Below, one piece after another: positions 22,647 to 30,968 of a DNA stretch of 33,215 bases. The position numbers and the translations under genes are program-made. The stretch is from a virus. The notes under the pieces were generated by a model. The model made no database searches, was not told where the DNA came from, and worked only from the letters and a program-made list of their open reading frames with translations. Position 1 is the first letter of the stretch. Each line of letters starts with the position of its first letter. The stretch is taken from the UHGV virus genome UHGV-1507039. One strand, written 5' to 3'.

Positions 22647-22937
22647 TCATCTTTTAACTCCATATACCGCCAATACCCGTTTCATCGCGGCACTCTGGCG
22701 ACACTCCTTAAAAATCAGGTTCGTGCTCATCTTTCCTTCCCGTTCTTCCCTGGTAGCAAACCGGTAATACACCGTTCGCCAGACCTTACCTTCGATAACC
22801 AGAAGACCTGCCCGTGCCATTTTAGCCGCGGCCTGATTTATGCTGGTTACTGTTGCGCCTGTTAGCGCGGCAACGTCCGGCGCACAGAAGCTATTATGCG
22901 TCCCCAGGTAATGAATAATTGCCTCTTTGCCCGTCAT
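22647..22937 (-). CDS. ren: Ren
   Basis: 96 aa, lambda Ren-like (MTGKEAIIHYLGTHNSFCAPDVAALTGATVTSINQAAAKMARAGLLVIEGKVW). Confidence 0.92.
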   Translation of the reverse strand: MTGKEAIIHYLGTHNSFCAPDVAALTGATVTSINQAAAKMARAGLLVIEGKVWRTVYYRFATREEREGKMSTNLIFKECRQSAAMKRVLAVYGVKR

Positions 22938-23635
22938 ACACTTGCTCCTTTCAGTCCGAACTTAGCTTTAATTTCTGCGATCTTCGCCAGAGCCTGTGCA
23001 CGATTTAGAGGTCTACCGCCCATAACAGGAAGTTGTTTTACTGGTTCAGGTATCGTCTCACCACGGTTAATTCGCGCTGTCATACAGGTCAGTTCATCGG
23101 CAGCCTTGCGCCGTAATTCCGCATCAGTAAGCGCATTGGCCCGCATGTTCTGATACAGGTTGGTAACCAGCCAGTAGTGCGCGTTTGATTTCCACGGATA
23201 AGACTCCGCATCCGGATACAGGCCTCGCTTCCGGCAATACTCGTAAACCATATCAACCAGCTCGCTGACGTTTGGCAGTCCGGCGATAACGGATGCTTCT
23301 TCCCGGCACCATGCAACAAACTGCCCGGGTGATGGCAGAAATGGTCGATTCTGCCGACGGGCTACGCGCATTCCTGCGTTAACCTGTTCCATTGTGGTGA
23401 TCCCGTTTTCCCGGAAAGCCAGAACCCACTGGCGGCGGATTTCGTTCAGTTCGTTCTGGTCACGGTTAGCCAGACTCGCCGGGAAAGTTGCCAGTAACTG
23501 GCTGAACACACCGTTGATGATCTGCGCTACCTGCTGTACCTGTGGCTTTTCGTCGTACTGTTCCGGCATGTTGTTGGCGATCCGACGCATCTGCTCACGG
23601 TCAAAGTTAACCATCTGTGCGGCGATGTTTTTCAT
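22934..23635 (-). CDS. P: Replication protein P (DnaB helicase loader)
   Basis: 233 aa, lambda P-like (MKNIAAQMVNFDREQMRRIANNMPEQYDEKPQVQQ). Confidence 0.95.
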   Translation of the reverse strand: MKNIAAQMVNFDREQMRRIANNMPEQYDEKPQVQQVAQIINGVFSQLLATFPASLANRDQNELNEIRRQWVLAFRENGITTMEQVNAGMRVARRQNRPFLPSPGQFVAWCREEASVIAGLPNVSELVDMVYEYCRKRGLYPDAESYPWKSNAHYWLVTNLYQNMRANALTDAELRRKAADELTCMTARINRGETIPEPVKQLPVMGGRPLNRAQALAKIAEIKAKFGLKGASV

Positions 23636-24531
23636 AGATCCACCCCGTAAATCCAGTCAGTGTTTGTCAGGTCGAGTTTTGGTTTTCCGGCTGTCACGCC
23701 AGCCTGTTGCTTGTTACGGTTGATTTCGAGCTGGGTCCACTTGTCGCGGAGTTTGGCCGGACTCAGCACGTTACCGGACCAGAAGTTGTCCTGGCAGGCC
23801 CAGCGGAAAAGCACACACATATCGCGGTGGTTACGTCCGTCACGTTCACGCATCAGGCGGATATCGTTAGCCCACCCAGCAAAATTCGGTTTTCTGGCTG
23901 ATGGCGCGATGGTCTTCACCATGTCAAACATCCACTCTGCGGCGGTCAGGTCTTCTGCTGTTCCCCACTTACTGCCGCTCTGAATTGCAGCATCCGGTTT
24001 AACCACAGAAAGATCGTTTTCTGGCTGGTCAGAGGATTCGCCAGAATTCTCGGACGAATAATCTTTTCTTTTTTCTTTTGTAATAGTGTCTTTTGTGTCC
24101 CCCTGTTTTGAGGGATAGCAATCCCCCAATTTGAGGGATGTTTTATCCCTCGTTTTAGGGGATTTTCCCTCGTTTTGAGGGATACACCATTCTGAGATGT
24201 TTTTATTTGGTCCAAACATGCCGCCTTGCTGCTTGATAATATTCATTCTGACGAGTTCTAACTTGGCTTCATTGCACCGTTTGACAGGTAACTTTGTAAT
24301 CTCGCTAAGTTGAGAATCGGTGATTCTGTCCATTGGTTTATTCCACCCATAGGTTTTACGCAGAATGGCAAGCAGCACTTTAAACTGTCGCTTGGTCAGA
24401 TCTGCGCCTGAATAAGCCTCAAGCAGCATATTTGATAGTCTGGCGTAACCATCATCGAGATCTGCCACATTACGCTCCTGTCCGGTAAAGTTACCTCTGC
24501 CGAAGTTGAGTATTTTTGCTGTATTTGTCAT
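23632..24531 (-). CDS. O: Replication initiator O
   Basis: 299 aa from MTNTAKILNFGRGNF, lambda O-like; ori iterons inside the gene; longer ORF extends to 24576. Confidence 0.95.
   Translation of the reverse strand: MTNTAKILNFGRGNFTGQERNVADLDDGYARLSNMLLEAYSGADLTKRQFKVLLAILRKTYGWNKPMDRITDSQLSEITKLPVKRCNEAKLELVRMNIIKQQGGMFGPNKNISEWCIPQNEGKSPKTRDKTSLKLGDCYPSKQGDTKDTITKEKRKDYSSENSGESSDQPENDLSVVKPDAAIQSGSKWGTAEDLTAAEWMFDMVKTIAPSARKPNFAGWANDIRLMRERDGRNHRDMCVLFRWACQDNFWSGNVLSPAKLRDKWTQLEINRNKQQAGVTAGKPKLDLTNTDWIYGVDL
24040..24183 (-). repeat. ori: ori-lambda: four ~19-bp iterons (24098..24183) followed in the O reading direction by an AT-rich region (24040..24097)
   Basis: Plus strand shows four repeats of the form tccc(c/t)..ttt(t)gaggga; adjacent tcttttcttttttcttttgtaat stretch. 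Confidence 0.9.
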
Positions 24532-24540
24532 AATGACTCC

Positions 24541-24608
24541 TGTGGATTGATCCAGTCTTTCTACATCAGGCCTCAAAACTGTTGCAGCAGTCTTGAGGCT
24601 TTTCTTTT
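24541..24608 (+). ncRNA. oop: OOP-like antisense RNA with promoter pO (-35 TTGAGT 24506..24511, -10 CATAAT 24529..24534) and intrinsic terminator (24570..24608), antisense to the 3' end of cII
   Basis: Near-consensus sigma70 promoter with 17-bp spacer; hairpin GCCTCAA..TTGAGGC then TTTTCTTTT; same layout as lambda OOP. Confidence 0.6.
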
Positions 24609-24844
24609 GTCAGCACCATGGCTACTTTCTTTGCTAGCTTTGCTAATTCCTCGTCTTCAACACCCCACTCCAGCACAGCCAGAAGCATGGCCATCTTTGG
24701 GATAAAGCTGTCTTTCCATCGCGAAATTTGCGATTCATTAATCCCTAATGCATCAGCAACCTTTCGCTGACCACGTACAGCAATTCGATTCAGGATGTTG
24801 CTTGTGATTGCATTCGCTTTCTTGCGAGTACTTGTAAGTTGCAT
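24566..24844 (-). CDS. cII: Transcriptional activator CII (non-lambda allele)
   Basis: 92 aa from MQLTSTRKK; conserved SQISRWK and MLLAVLEWGV motifs; about half identical to lambda CII by eye. Confidence 0.8.
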   Translation of the reverse strand: MQLTSTRKKANAITSNILNRIAVRGQRKVADALGINESQISRWKDSFIPKMAMLLAVLEWGVEDEELAKLAKKVAMVLTKEKPQDCCNSFEA

Positions 24845-24901
24845 ATGTAAGTATTTCCTTAACAAATAAGAAGTTATACGCACCAACTGATGCGCGTTGT
24901 A

Positions 24902-24945
24902 TTCCCGCATTTCGGCGGGAATAAGGACCATGACTGTTAAAGAGC
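24902..24945 (-). promoter_or_regulatory. nutR: nutR: boxA (GCTCTTTAA, 24937..24945) and boxB hairpin (TTCCCGC-cgaaat-GCGGGAA, 24902..24921) between cro and cII
   Basis: BoxA consensus match and stem-loop on the minus strand just downstream of cro; same boxB sequence recurs upstream of N. Confidence 0.7.
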
Positions 24946-24952
24946 AATTTGC

Positions 24953-25138
24953 TTATGCCGCTTTGCGATAAGCACTTTCTTGATACTTCAGGGCGCCAGC
25001 TGTAACGACTTCCAGTCGATAGGCGTCTTTCTCTGGGATGACTTCCTTCCACTGAGAGACTGCTGCATCGCTAATGCCTAACGCTTTAGCTACCGCACGC
25101 TGGGTTCCGAAGTGGTCGATAACATCTTTCTTGTACAT
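24953..25138 (-). CDS. cro: Cro-like repressor
   Basis: 61 aa (MYKKDVIDHFGTQRAVAKALGISDAAVSQWK...), HTH; divergent from cI across an 80-bp operator region. Confidence 0.85.
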   Translation of the reverse strand: MYKKDVIDHFGTQRAVAKALGISDAAVSQWKEVIPEKDAYRLEVVTAGALKYQESAYRKAA

Positions 25139-25218
25139 AGACTCGCTCCGAAATTAAAGAACACTTAAATTATCTATCAAAGGAATCTTAAGTCAAGTTT
25201 ATTTAAGATGTCTTAACT
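25139..25218. promoter_or_regulatory. OR: Right operator/promoter region: candidate pR (minus strand -35 TTGACT 25191..25196, -10 ATAATT 25168..25173), pRM and operators built on CTTAA(A)/TTAAG palindromes
   Basis: 80-bp cI-cro intergenic region; palindrome TTAAGATGTCTTAA at 25203..25216; CTTAAG at 25187..25192; CTTAAATTATC over the pR -10. Confidence 0.6.
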
Positions 25219-25869
25219 ATGAATACACAACTGATGGGTGAGCGTATTCGCGCTCGCAGAAAAGAACTTAAGATTAGGCAGGCTGCCCTTGGCAAGATGG
25301 TTGGCGTGTCTAATGTTGCTATTTCCCAATGGGAGCGTTCTGAAACTGAGCCCAATGGCGAAAACCTATTGGCTTTAGCCAAGGCTTTACAGTGCTCCCC
25401 TGATTACTTGTTGAAAGGAGAAGATAGTCTTTCAAACATTGCCTATCACAGCAGGCATGATCCAAGAGGTTCGTATCCTCTAATTAGTTGGGTAAGCGCA
25501 GGATGTTGGATGGAAGCTGTAGAGCCATATCATAAGCGTGCAATAGATAACTGGTACGATACAACCGTAGATTGTTCAGAAGATTCGTTTTGGCTGGACG
25601 TAAAGGGTGATTCGATGACGGCTCCAGCCGGTCTTAGCATCCCGGAAGGGATGATAATACTAGTCGATCCTGAAGTAGAACCTCGTAATGGGAAGCTGGT
25701 AGTGGCAAAGCTCGAAGGAGAAAACGAGGCAACTTTCAAGAAGTTAGTTATTGATGCTGGCAGAAGGTTTCTAAAACCACTTAACCCACAATATCCGATG
25801 ATTGAGATCAACGGGAACTGCAAAATCATCGGTGTAGTTGTCGATGCAAAAATAGCAAACCTTCCATAA
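25219..25869 (+). CDS. cI: CI-type prophage repressor (N-terminal HTH, C-terminal LexA/S24 autopeptidase domain)
   Basis: 216 aa; HTH near VGVSNVAISQWERSE; Ala-Gly cleavage site (VSAGCW), GDSM serine and downstream Lys; C-terminus like 434-family repressors; no SD before the ATG. Confidence 0.9.
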   Translation: MNTQLMGERIRARRKELKIRQAALGKMVGVSNVAISQWERSETEPNGENLLALAKALQCSPDYLLKGEDSLSNIAYHSRHDPRGSYPLISWVSAGCWMEAVEPYHKRAIDNWYDTTVDCSEDSFWLDVKGDSMTAPAGLSIPEGMIILVDPEVEPRNGKLVVAKLEGENEATFKKLVIDAGRRFLKPLNPQYPMIEINGNCKIIGVVVDAKIANLP

Positions 25870-25890
25870 GGGGCATTCGCCCCTTTTTTT
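25870..25890 (+). terminator. Intrinsic terminator immediately after cI
   Basis: GGGGC-attc-GCCCC followed by TTTTTTT. Confidence 0.75.
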
Positions 25891-25914
25891 CTTTCCTTTA
25901 AAAATCAAAGCAAA

Positions 25915-25995
25915 ACTTAAGCTTCGCAACAAAATTTAAGTTTTCTTCAAAAACACTCTTGACCAATAGTTAAAGAAATCTTAAATTTAAGTCAT
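25915..25995 (+). promoter_or_regulatory. OL: Left operator/promoter region: candidate pL (-35 TTGACC 25959..25964, -10 TTAAAT 25981..25986) overlapped by palindrome CTTAAATTTAAG (25980..25991); further CTTAAG and TTTAAG motifs upstream
   Basis: Promoter-like hexamers with 16-bp spacing upstream of nutL and N; operator-like palindromes share the motif seen in OR. Confidence 0.55.
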
Positions 25996-26033
25996 CGGCA
26001 GGACGCTGGTAGCCAAACGGAACAGATTGGCAG

Positions 26034-26076
26034 GCTCTTTAACATTGATGGGATTGTCCCGCCGAAATGCGGGAAC
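26034..26076 (+). promoter_or_regulatory. nutL: nutL: boxA (GCTCTTTAA, 26034..26042) and boxB hairpin (TCCCGC-cgaaat-GCGGGA, 26057..26074)
   Basis: Same boxA and boxB sequences as the nutR site; about 110 bp upstream of N. Confidence 0.7.
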
Positions 26077-26181
26077 CAAAGAGTAGTTGGCTTTGGGGTG
26101 ACGTGAAGTGCAGCTGCACGACGGCAACCGGAAGATAAGCACCCGGCGCGTCACCGCCAAAGTCAATCATCGGAGGTCAAC

Positions 26182-26454
26182 ATGGCAGTAGTCATTACAT
26201 ATCTGGCTGACGATAACGCCAGAAATCGCCGCAGAGCACGCAGACAGGCTCAACGTGAGCAGGCAATGCAAGAACAGCGACTGGCGCGAAAAATTGCGCT
26301 AAAGCTCTCTGGTTGCGTCAGAGCAGACAAAGCAGCATCACTCGGAAGCCTTCGCTGCAAGAAGGCAGATGAATGCAGTGGAAGTATTTGCCTGCCAAAC
26401 GTAGCCATTTACGCGGCAGGCTACCGGAAATCAAAACAACTGACGGCGAGATGA
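26182..26454 (+). CDS. N: N-type transcription antiterminator (non-lambda allele, P22/21-like)
   Basis: 90 aa; N-terminal arginine-rich motif NARNRRRARRQAQREQ; C-terminus AIYAAGYRKSKQLTAR resembles P22 gene 24 product as recalled; preceded by SD GGAGG. Confidence 0.8.
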   Translation: MAVVITYLADDNARNRRRARRQAQREQAMQEQRLARKIALKLSGCVRADKAASLGSLRCKKADECSGSICLPNVAIYAAGYRKSKQLTAR

Positions 26455-26470
26455 TAAATTAATTTGCTAA

Positions 26471-27052
26471 TTACTTGTTTTTGCCATGCTTATCCTGAGC
26501 GATAAGTTCATCCATAAGACTGTCTTTCTTCCCAGCAAACCTAATGTAGCACTCATTTCTATAGCGTTCCGGGATAACAAAACGGTCGATTTCAGGATAT
26601 CCAGTAGCAGAAGGTACCCGAATAAGAAGCCCTTTTTCGAGCAATGAGATTGCTTCAGGGCTTCCCTTTTCTGTCTTTAGCTGGTTATTAGCGGCTACAG
26701 CGAATGCCAAATACGCTCTTTCTCCAAGAGTTAACGAATCAAACAAATCTTGCACGTATTTCTCTTCTTTAGATTTGCGCTTCTGAGCAGCGAATATCTC
26801 AATTCTTTCAGTCACAGCGTGATAAGCGGAATTAACAACGCCGTTAAGCACATAGCTAACGCAAAACAACAGGATGTAATACATCCAGTAATGAGGAAGG
26901 ATTTCTGGATTATGCAGGTTTATCCATTCTTTTACGCTTACAGGCATAACAATAATCAATATGATCAGGATGATTAGCATATGAATCAACTGTTTAAGTG
27001 TCATTCCTTGCAGGAAAAAATGCATTAGTTCCTGCCACCATGAGTTGTTCAT
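26471..27052 (-). CDS. sieB: Superinfection exclusion protein SieB
   Basis: 193 aa, lambda SieB-like; N-terminal hydrophobic segments; antisense to the pL operon just downstream of N. Confidence 0.85.
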   Translation of the reverse strand: MNNSWWQELMHFFLQGMTLKQLIHMLIILIILIIVMPVSVKEWINLHNPEILPHYWMYYILLFCVSYVLNGVVNSAYHAVTERIEIFAAQKRKSKEEKYVQDLFDSLTLGERAYLAFAVAANNQLKTEKGSPEAISLLEKGLLIRVPSATGYPEIDRFVIPERYRNECYIRFAGKKDSLMDELIAQDKHGKNK

Positions 27053-27266
27053 CGGCGTTTCTCTTTTGCTCTCTGTAGGGGTGAATAGAGTTTATCCGAT
27101 TTCTCGCTGTAGGGGTACACGAGAACCACCGAGCCTGATGTGGTTAAAAGACAGGCATACTAATAAACACTGCACTGTGTATTCATTCCAACGAGTGAAT
27201 ACACTGAGCAATGTCGCTCGTAACTAAACAGGAGCCGACTTGTTCTGATTATTGGAAATCTTCTTT

Positions 27267-27292
27267 GCCCTCCAATGTGAGGGCGATTTTTT
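27267..27292 (+). terminator. Intrinsic terminator upstream of ea10 within the pL operon (tL-type)
   Basis: GCCCTC-caatgt-GAGGGC followed by GATTTTTT. Confidence 0.7.
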
Positions 27293-27312
27293 ATCTGTGA
27301 GGATATGAATAG

Positions 27313-27681
27313 ATGTCAAACATCAAAAAATACATCATTGATTACGACTGGAAAGCATCAATAGAAATTGAAATCGACCATGACGTAATGACAGAGGAAA
27401 AACTTCACCAGATTAATAATTTCTGGTCAGACTCTGAATACCGACTCAATAAACACGGCTCTGTATTAAATGCTGTATTAATCATGCTGGCGCAACATGC
27501 TCTGCTTATAGCAATTTCAAGCGACTTAAATGCATATGGTGTTGTGTGTGAGTTCGACTGGAATGATGGAAATGGTCAGGAAGGATGGCCTCCAATGGAT
27601 GGTAGCGAAGGAATAAGAATTACCGATATCGATACATCAGGAATATTTGATTCAGATGATATGACTATCAAAGCCGCCTGA
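27313..27681 (+). CDS. ea10: Ea10 early protein
   Basis: 122 aa, lambda Ea10-like (MSNIKKYIIDYDWKASIEIEIDHDVMTEEKLHQINNFWSDSEYRL). Confidence 0.85.
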   Translation: MSNIKKYIIDYDWKASIEIEIDHDVMTEEKLHQINNFWSDSEYRLNKHGSVLNAVLIMLAQHALLIAISSDLNAYGVVCEFDWNDGNGQEGWPPMDGSEGIRITDIDTSGIFDSDDMTIKAA

Positions 27682-27753
27682 GCGCGGCGTTACCGCATAC
27701 CAATAACGCTTCACTCGAGGCGTTTTTCGTTATGTATAAATAAGGAGCACACC

Positions 27754-27918
27754 ATGCAATATGCCATTGCAGGGTGGCCTGTTGCTGGCTGCCCTTCCGA
27801 ATCTTTACTTGAACGAATCACCCGTAAATTACGTGACGGATGGAAACGCCTTATCGACATACTTAATCAGCCAGGAGTCCCAAAAAATGGATCAAACACT
27901 TATGGCTATCCAGACTAA
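27754..27918 (+). CDS. cIII: CIII (FtsH inhibitor, 54 aa)
   Basis: [54 protein letters not shown], lambda CIII-like; below the 60-aa ORF-track cutoff. Confidence 0.85.
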   Translation: MQYAIAGWPVAGCPSESLLERITRKLRDGWKRLIDILNQPGVPKNGSNTYGYPD

Positions 27919-28030
27919 ATTCACTATCGCCACTTTTATTGGCGATGAAAAGATGTTTCGTGAGGCCGTCGACGCTTATAAAAAATGGATATTAATACTG
28001 AAACTGAGATCAAGCAAAAGCATTCACTAA
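27887..28030 (+). CDS. kil: Kil (host killing / FtsZ inhibitor, 47 aa)
   Basis: [47 protein letters not shown]; overlaps cIII and gam as in lambda. Confidence 0.85.
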   Translation: MDQTLMAIQTKFTIATFIGDEKMFREAVDAYKKWILILKLRSSKSIH

Positions 28031-28401
28031 CCCCCTTTCCTGTTTTCCTAATCAGCCCGGCATTTCGCGGGCGATATTTTCACAGCTATTTCAGGAGTTC
28101 AGCCATGAACGCTTATTACATTCAGGATCGTCTTGAGGCTCAGAGCTGGACGCGTCACTACCAGCAGATCGCCCGTGAAGAGAAAGAGGCAGAACTGGCA
28201 GACGACATGGAAAAAGGCCTGCCCCAGCACCTGTTTGAATCACTCTGCATCGATCATTTACAACGCCACGGGGCCAGCAAAAAAGCCATTACCCGTGCGT
28301 TTGATGACGATGTTGAGTTTCAGGAGCGCATGGCAGAACACATCCGGTACATGGTTGAAACCATTGCTCACCACCAGGTTGATATTGATTCAGAGGTATA
28401 A
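27985..28401 (+). CDS. gam: Gam (RecBCD inhibitor); long form 138 aa, short GamS from internal Met at 28105
   Basis: Lambda Gam-like ([55 protein letters not shown]). Confidence 0.95.
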   Translation: MDINTETEIKQKHSLTPFPVFLISPAFRGRYFHSYFRSSAMNAYYIQDRLEAQSWTRHYQQIAREEKEAELADDMEKGLPQHLFESLCIDHLQRHGASKKAITRAFDDDVEFQERMAEHIRYMVETIAHHQVDIDSEV

Positions 28402-28406
28402 AACGG

Positions 28407-29192
28407 ATGAGTACAGCACTCGCAACGCTGGCTGGGAAGCTGGCTGAACGCGTCGGCATGGATTCTGTCGACCCACAGGAACTGATCACCACTCTTCGCC
28501 AGACGGCATTTAAAGGTGATGCCAGCGATGCGCAGTTCATCGCATTGCTGATCGTCGCCAACCAGTACGGCCTTAATCCGTGGACGAAAGAAATTTACGC
28601 CTTCCCTGACAAGCAGAACGGCATCGTTCCGGTGGTGGGCGTTGATGGCTGGTCCCGTATCATCAATGAAAACCAGCAGTTTGATGGCATGGACTTTGAG
28701 CAGGACAATGAATCCTGCACATGCCGGATTTACCGCAAGGACCGCAATCATCCGATCTGCGTTACCGAGTGGATGGATGAATGCCGCCGCGAACCATTCA
28801 AAACCCGCGAAGGCAGAGAAATCACGGGGCCGTGGCAGTCGCATCCCAAACGGATGTTACGGCATAAAGCCATGATTCAGTGTGCCCGTCTCGCCTTCGG
28901 ATTTGCTGGTATCTATGACAAGGATGAAGCCGAGCGCATTGTCGAAAATACCGCATACACTGCAGAACGTCAGCCGGAACGCGACATCACTCCGGTTAAC
29001 GATGAAACCATGCAGGAGATTAACACTCTGCTGATTGCCCTGGATAAAACATGGGATGACGACTTATTGCCGCTCTGTTCCCAGATATTTCGCCGCGACA
29101 TTCGCGCATCGTCAGAACTGACACAGGCCGAAGCAGTGAAAGCTCTTGGATTCCTGAAACAGAAAGCCACTGAGCAGAAGGTGGCAGCATGA
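28407..29192 (+). CDS. bet: Bet (Red-beta single-strand annealing protein)
   Basis: 261 aa, lambda Bet-like ([72 protein letters not shown]). Confidence 0.95.
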   Translation: MSTALATLAGKLAERVGMDSVDPQELITTLRQTAFKGDASDAQFIALLIVANQYGLNPWTKEIYAFPDKQNGIVPVVGVDGWSRIINENQQFDGMDFEQDNESCTCRIYRKDRNHPICVTEWMDECRREPFKTREGREITGPWQSHPKRMLRHKAMIQCARLAFGFAGIYDKDEAERIVENTAYTAERQPERDITPVNDETMQEINTLLIALDKTWDDDLLPLCSQIFRRDIRASSELTQAEAVKALGFLKQKATEQKVAA

Positions 29193-29869
29193 CACCGGAC
29201 ATTATCCTGCAGCGTACCGGGATCGACGTGAGAGCTGTCGAACAGGGGGATAATGCATGGCACAAATTACGGCTCGGCGTCATCACCGCTTCAGAAGTTC
29301 ACAACGTGATAGCAAAGCCCCGATCAGGAAAGAAGTGGCCTGACATGAAAATGTCCTACTTCCACACCCTGCTGGCTGAGGTTTGCACCGGTGTGGCTCC
29401 GGAAGTTAACGCTAAAGCGCTGGCCTGGGGAAAACAGTACGAGAACGACGCCAGAACCCTGTTTGAGTTCACTTCCGGCGTAAATGTTATTGAATCCCCG
29501 ATCATCTATCGCGACGAAAGTATGCGCACCGCCTGCTCTCCCGATGGTTTATGCAGTGACGGCAATGGCCTTGAGCTGAAATGCCCGTTTACCTCCCGGG
29601 ATTTCATGAAATTCCGGCTCGGTGGTTTCGAGGCCATAAAGTCGGCTTACATGGCCCAGGTGCAGTACAGCATGTGGGTGACGCGAAAAGATGCCTGGTA
29701 CTTTGCCAACTATGACCCGCGTATGAAGCGTGAAGGCCTGCATTATGTCGTGATTGAGCGGAATGAAAAGTATATAGCGAGTTTTGACGAGATGGTGCCG
29801 GAGTTCATCGAAAAAATGGACGAGGCACTGGCTGAAATTGGTTTTGTATTTGGGGAGCAATGGCGATGA
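29189..29869 (+). CDS. exo: Exo (lambda 5'-3' exonuclease, Red-alpha)
   Basis: 226 aa, lambda Exo-like ([93 protein letters not shown]). Confidence 0.95.
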   Translation: MTPDIILQRTGIDVRAVEQGDNAWHKLRLGVITASEVHNVIAKPRSGKKWPDMKMSYFHTLLAEVCTGVAPEVNAKALAWGKQYENDARTLFEFTSGVNVIESPIIYRDESMRTACSPDGLCSDGNGLELKCPFTSRDFMKFRLGGFEAIKSAYMAQVQYSMWVTRKDAWYFANYDPRMKREGLHYVVIERNEKYIASFDEMVPEFIEKMDEALAEIGFVFGEQWR

Positions 29870-30024
29870 AACATCCTCACGATAATATCCGCGTAGGCAC
29901 GATCACTTTCGTCTACTCCGTTACGAAGCGAGGCTGGGTATTTCCCGGCCTTTCTGTTATCCGAAATCCCCTGAAAGCACAGCGGCTGGCTGAGGAGATA
30001 AATAATAAACGGGGAGCTGTATGA
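29866..30024 (+). CDS. Small early protein, lambda orf60a-like (52 aa)
   Basis: [52 protein letters not shown]; ATGA-coupled to exo stop and to the next gene start. Confidence 0.6.
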   Translation: MKHPHDNIRVGTITFVYSVTKRGWVFPGLSVIRNPLKAQRLAEEINNKRGAV

Positions 30025-30578
30025 CTGATTTCACCGGAAGCAATACTCCTGCCGAACATCGCGACAGCTGGCGCACACCACCAGAGATTTTTGCTGCGCT
30101 TAATGCAGAGTTCGTTTTTCAACTTGATGCTGCCGCCAGCGAAAAAAACCGACTATGTCGGCTTTTTATCTCACAGGAGCAGAACACATTAACCACTTCA
30201 TGGCCTGAAGCAATGGGATATGCCTCTGGTTATGTCTGGTTGAATCCACCATACAGCAATATTTCCCCTTTTGTGAAAAAGGCAGCCACTGAAAACAAAT
30301 TCAGCAGTGTGGGATGTGTAATGTTATTACCTGCTGACACATCTGTCGGATGGTTTCATGAAGCGATACAAACCGCCAGTGAGGTCAGATTCATCACGGC
30401 AGGACGACTGGCATTTATTAACCCACTCACCGGGAAACACGTCAGTGGAAATAATAAAGGCTCGATGCTCATTATCTGGCACCCATACCCCCGTACACAC
30501 TGCCACTTTACGACCGTTGATCGTGGAGAGTTGATGGCGTTCGGCTCAAGGATTCTTGCCCGTCGGGAGGCTGCATGA
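30021..30578 (+). CDS. Second phage Dam-type DNA N6-adenine methyltransferase (early-left operon)
   Basis: 185 aa; NPPYSNI motif, W.TP and VGWF motifs shared with the nin-region methyltransferase; clearly homologous but divergent. Confidence 0.8.
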   Translation: MTDFTGSNTPAEHRDSWRTPPEIFAALNAEFVFQLDAAASEKNRLCRLFISQEQNTLTTSWPEAMGYASGYVWLNPPYSNISPFVKKAATENKFSSVGCVMLLPADTSVGWFHEAIQTASEVRFITAGRLAFINPLTGKHVSGNNKGSMLIIWHPYPRTHCHFTTVDRGELMAFGSRILARREAA

Positions 30579-30658
30579 CAACCACGGAATGCATTTTTCT
30601 GGCAGCGGGCTTCATATTCTGTGTGCTTATGCTTGCCGACATGGGACTTGTTCAATGA
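30575..30658 (+). CDS. Micro-ORF encoding a 27-aa hydrophobic peptide (MTTTECIFLAAGFIFCVLMLADMGLVQ)
   Basis: ATGA-coupled on both sides; single predicted TM helix; no homology assessed. Confidence 0.4.
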   Translation: MTTTECIFLAAGFIFCVLMLADMGLVQ

Positions 30659-30870
30659 CACCTCAGCAGGAAAACGCCCTTCGCAGCATAGCCCGTCAGG
30701 CTAATTCTGAAATCAAAAAAGCCAGACAGCAGTTTCCGGATAAAAACGTCGATGACATTTGCCGTAGCGTACTGAAGAAGCACCGCGAAACGGTAACGCT
30801 GATGGGATTCACACCGACTCATTTAAGCCTGGCGATCGGCATGTTAAACGGCGTCTTTAAGGAGCGATGA
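30655..30870 (+). CDS. Hypothetical early protein (71 aa)
   Basis: MTPQQENALRSIARQANSEIKKARQQF...; coupled within the operon; ORF track shows a longer 104-aa frame from 30556. Confidence 0.55.
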   Translation: MTPQQENALRSIARQANSEIKKARQQFPDKNVDDICRSVLKKHRETVTLMGFTPTHLSLAIGMLNGVFKER

Positions 30871-30962
30871 ACATGAAAAGCAAAATCATCAGGGAGCTAC
30901 AGGCTCCTTTTTTATTATTCGCATTCACCCTCAAGCGTATTAACCAACAATTCAGGGATTAA
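30867..30962 (+). CDS. Micro-ORF (31 aa, MNMKSKIIRELQAPFLLFAFTLKRINQQFRD)
   Basis: ATGA-coupled to the preceding ORF; speculative. Confidence 0.3.
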   Translation: MNMKSKIIRELQAPFLLFAFTLKRINQQFRD

Positions 30963-30968
30963 TGGAAG

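Noticed and set aside
25530-25829. 99-aa minus-strand ORF inside cI
   Set aside because: Antisense to the repressor gene; the cI frame has clear HTH and S24 peptidase motifs, this frame has none.
25870-26181. Possible rexA/rexB exclusion genes between cI and N
   Set aside because: Only about 310 bp separate cI and N, filled by a terminator, operator/promoter motifs and nutL; no room for rex genes.
26750-26977. 75-aa plus-strand ORF inside sieB
   Set aside because: Overlaps sieB on the opposite strand; AT-rich chance ORF.
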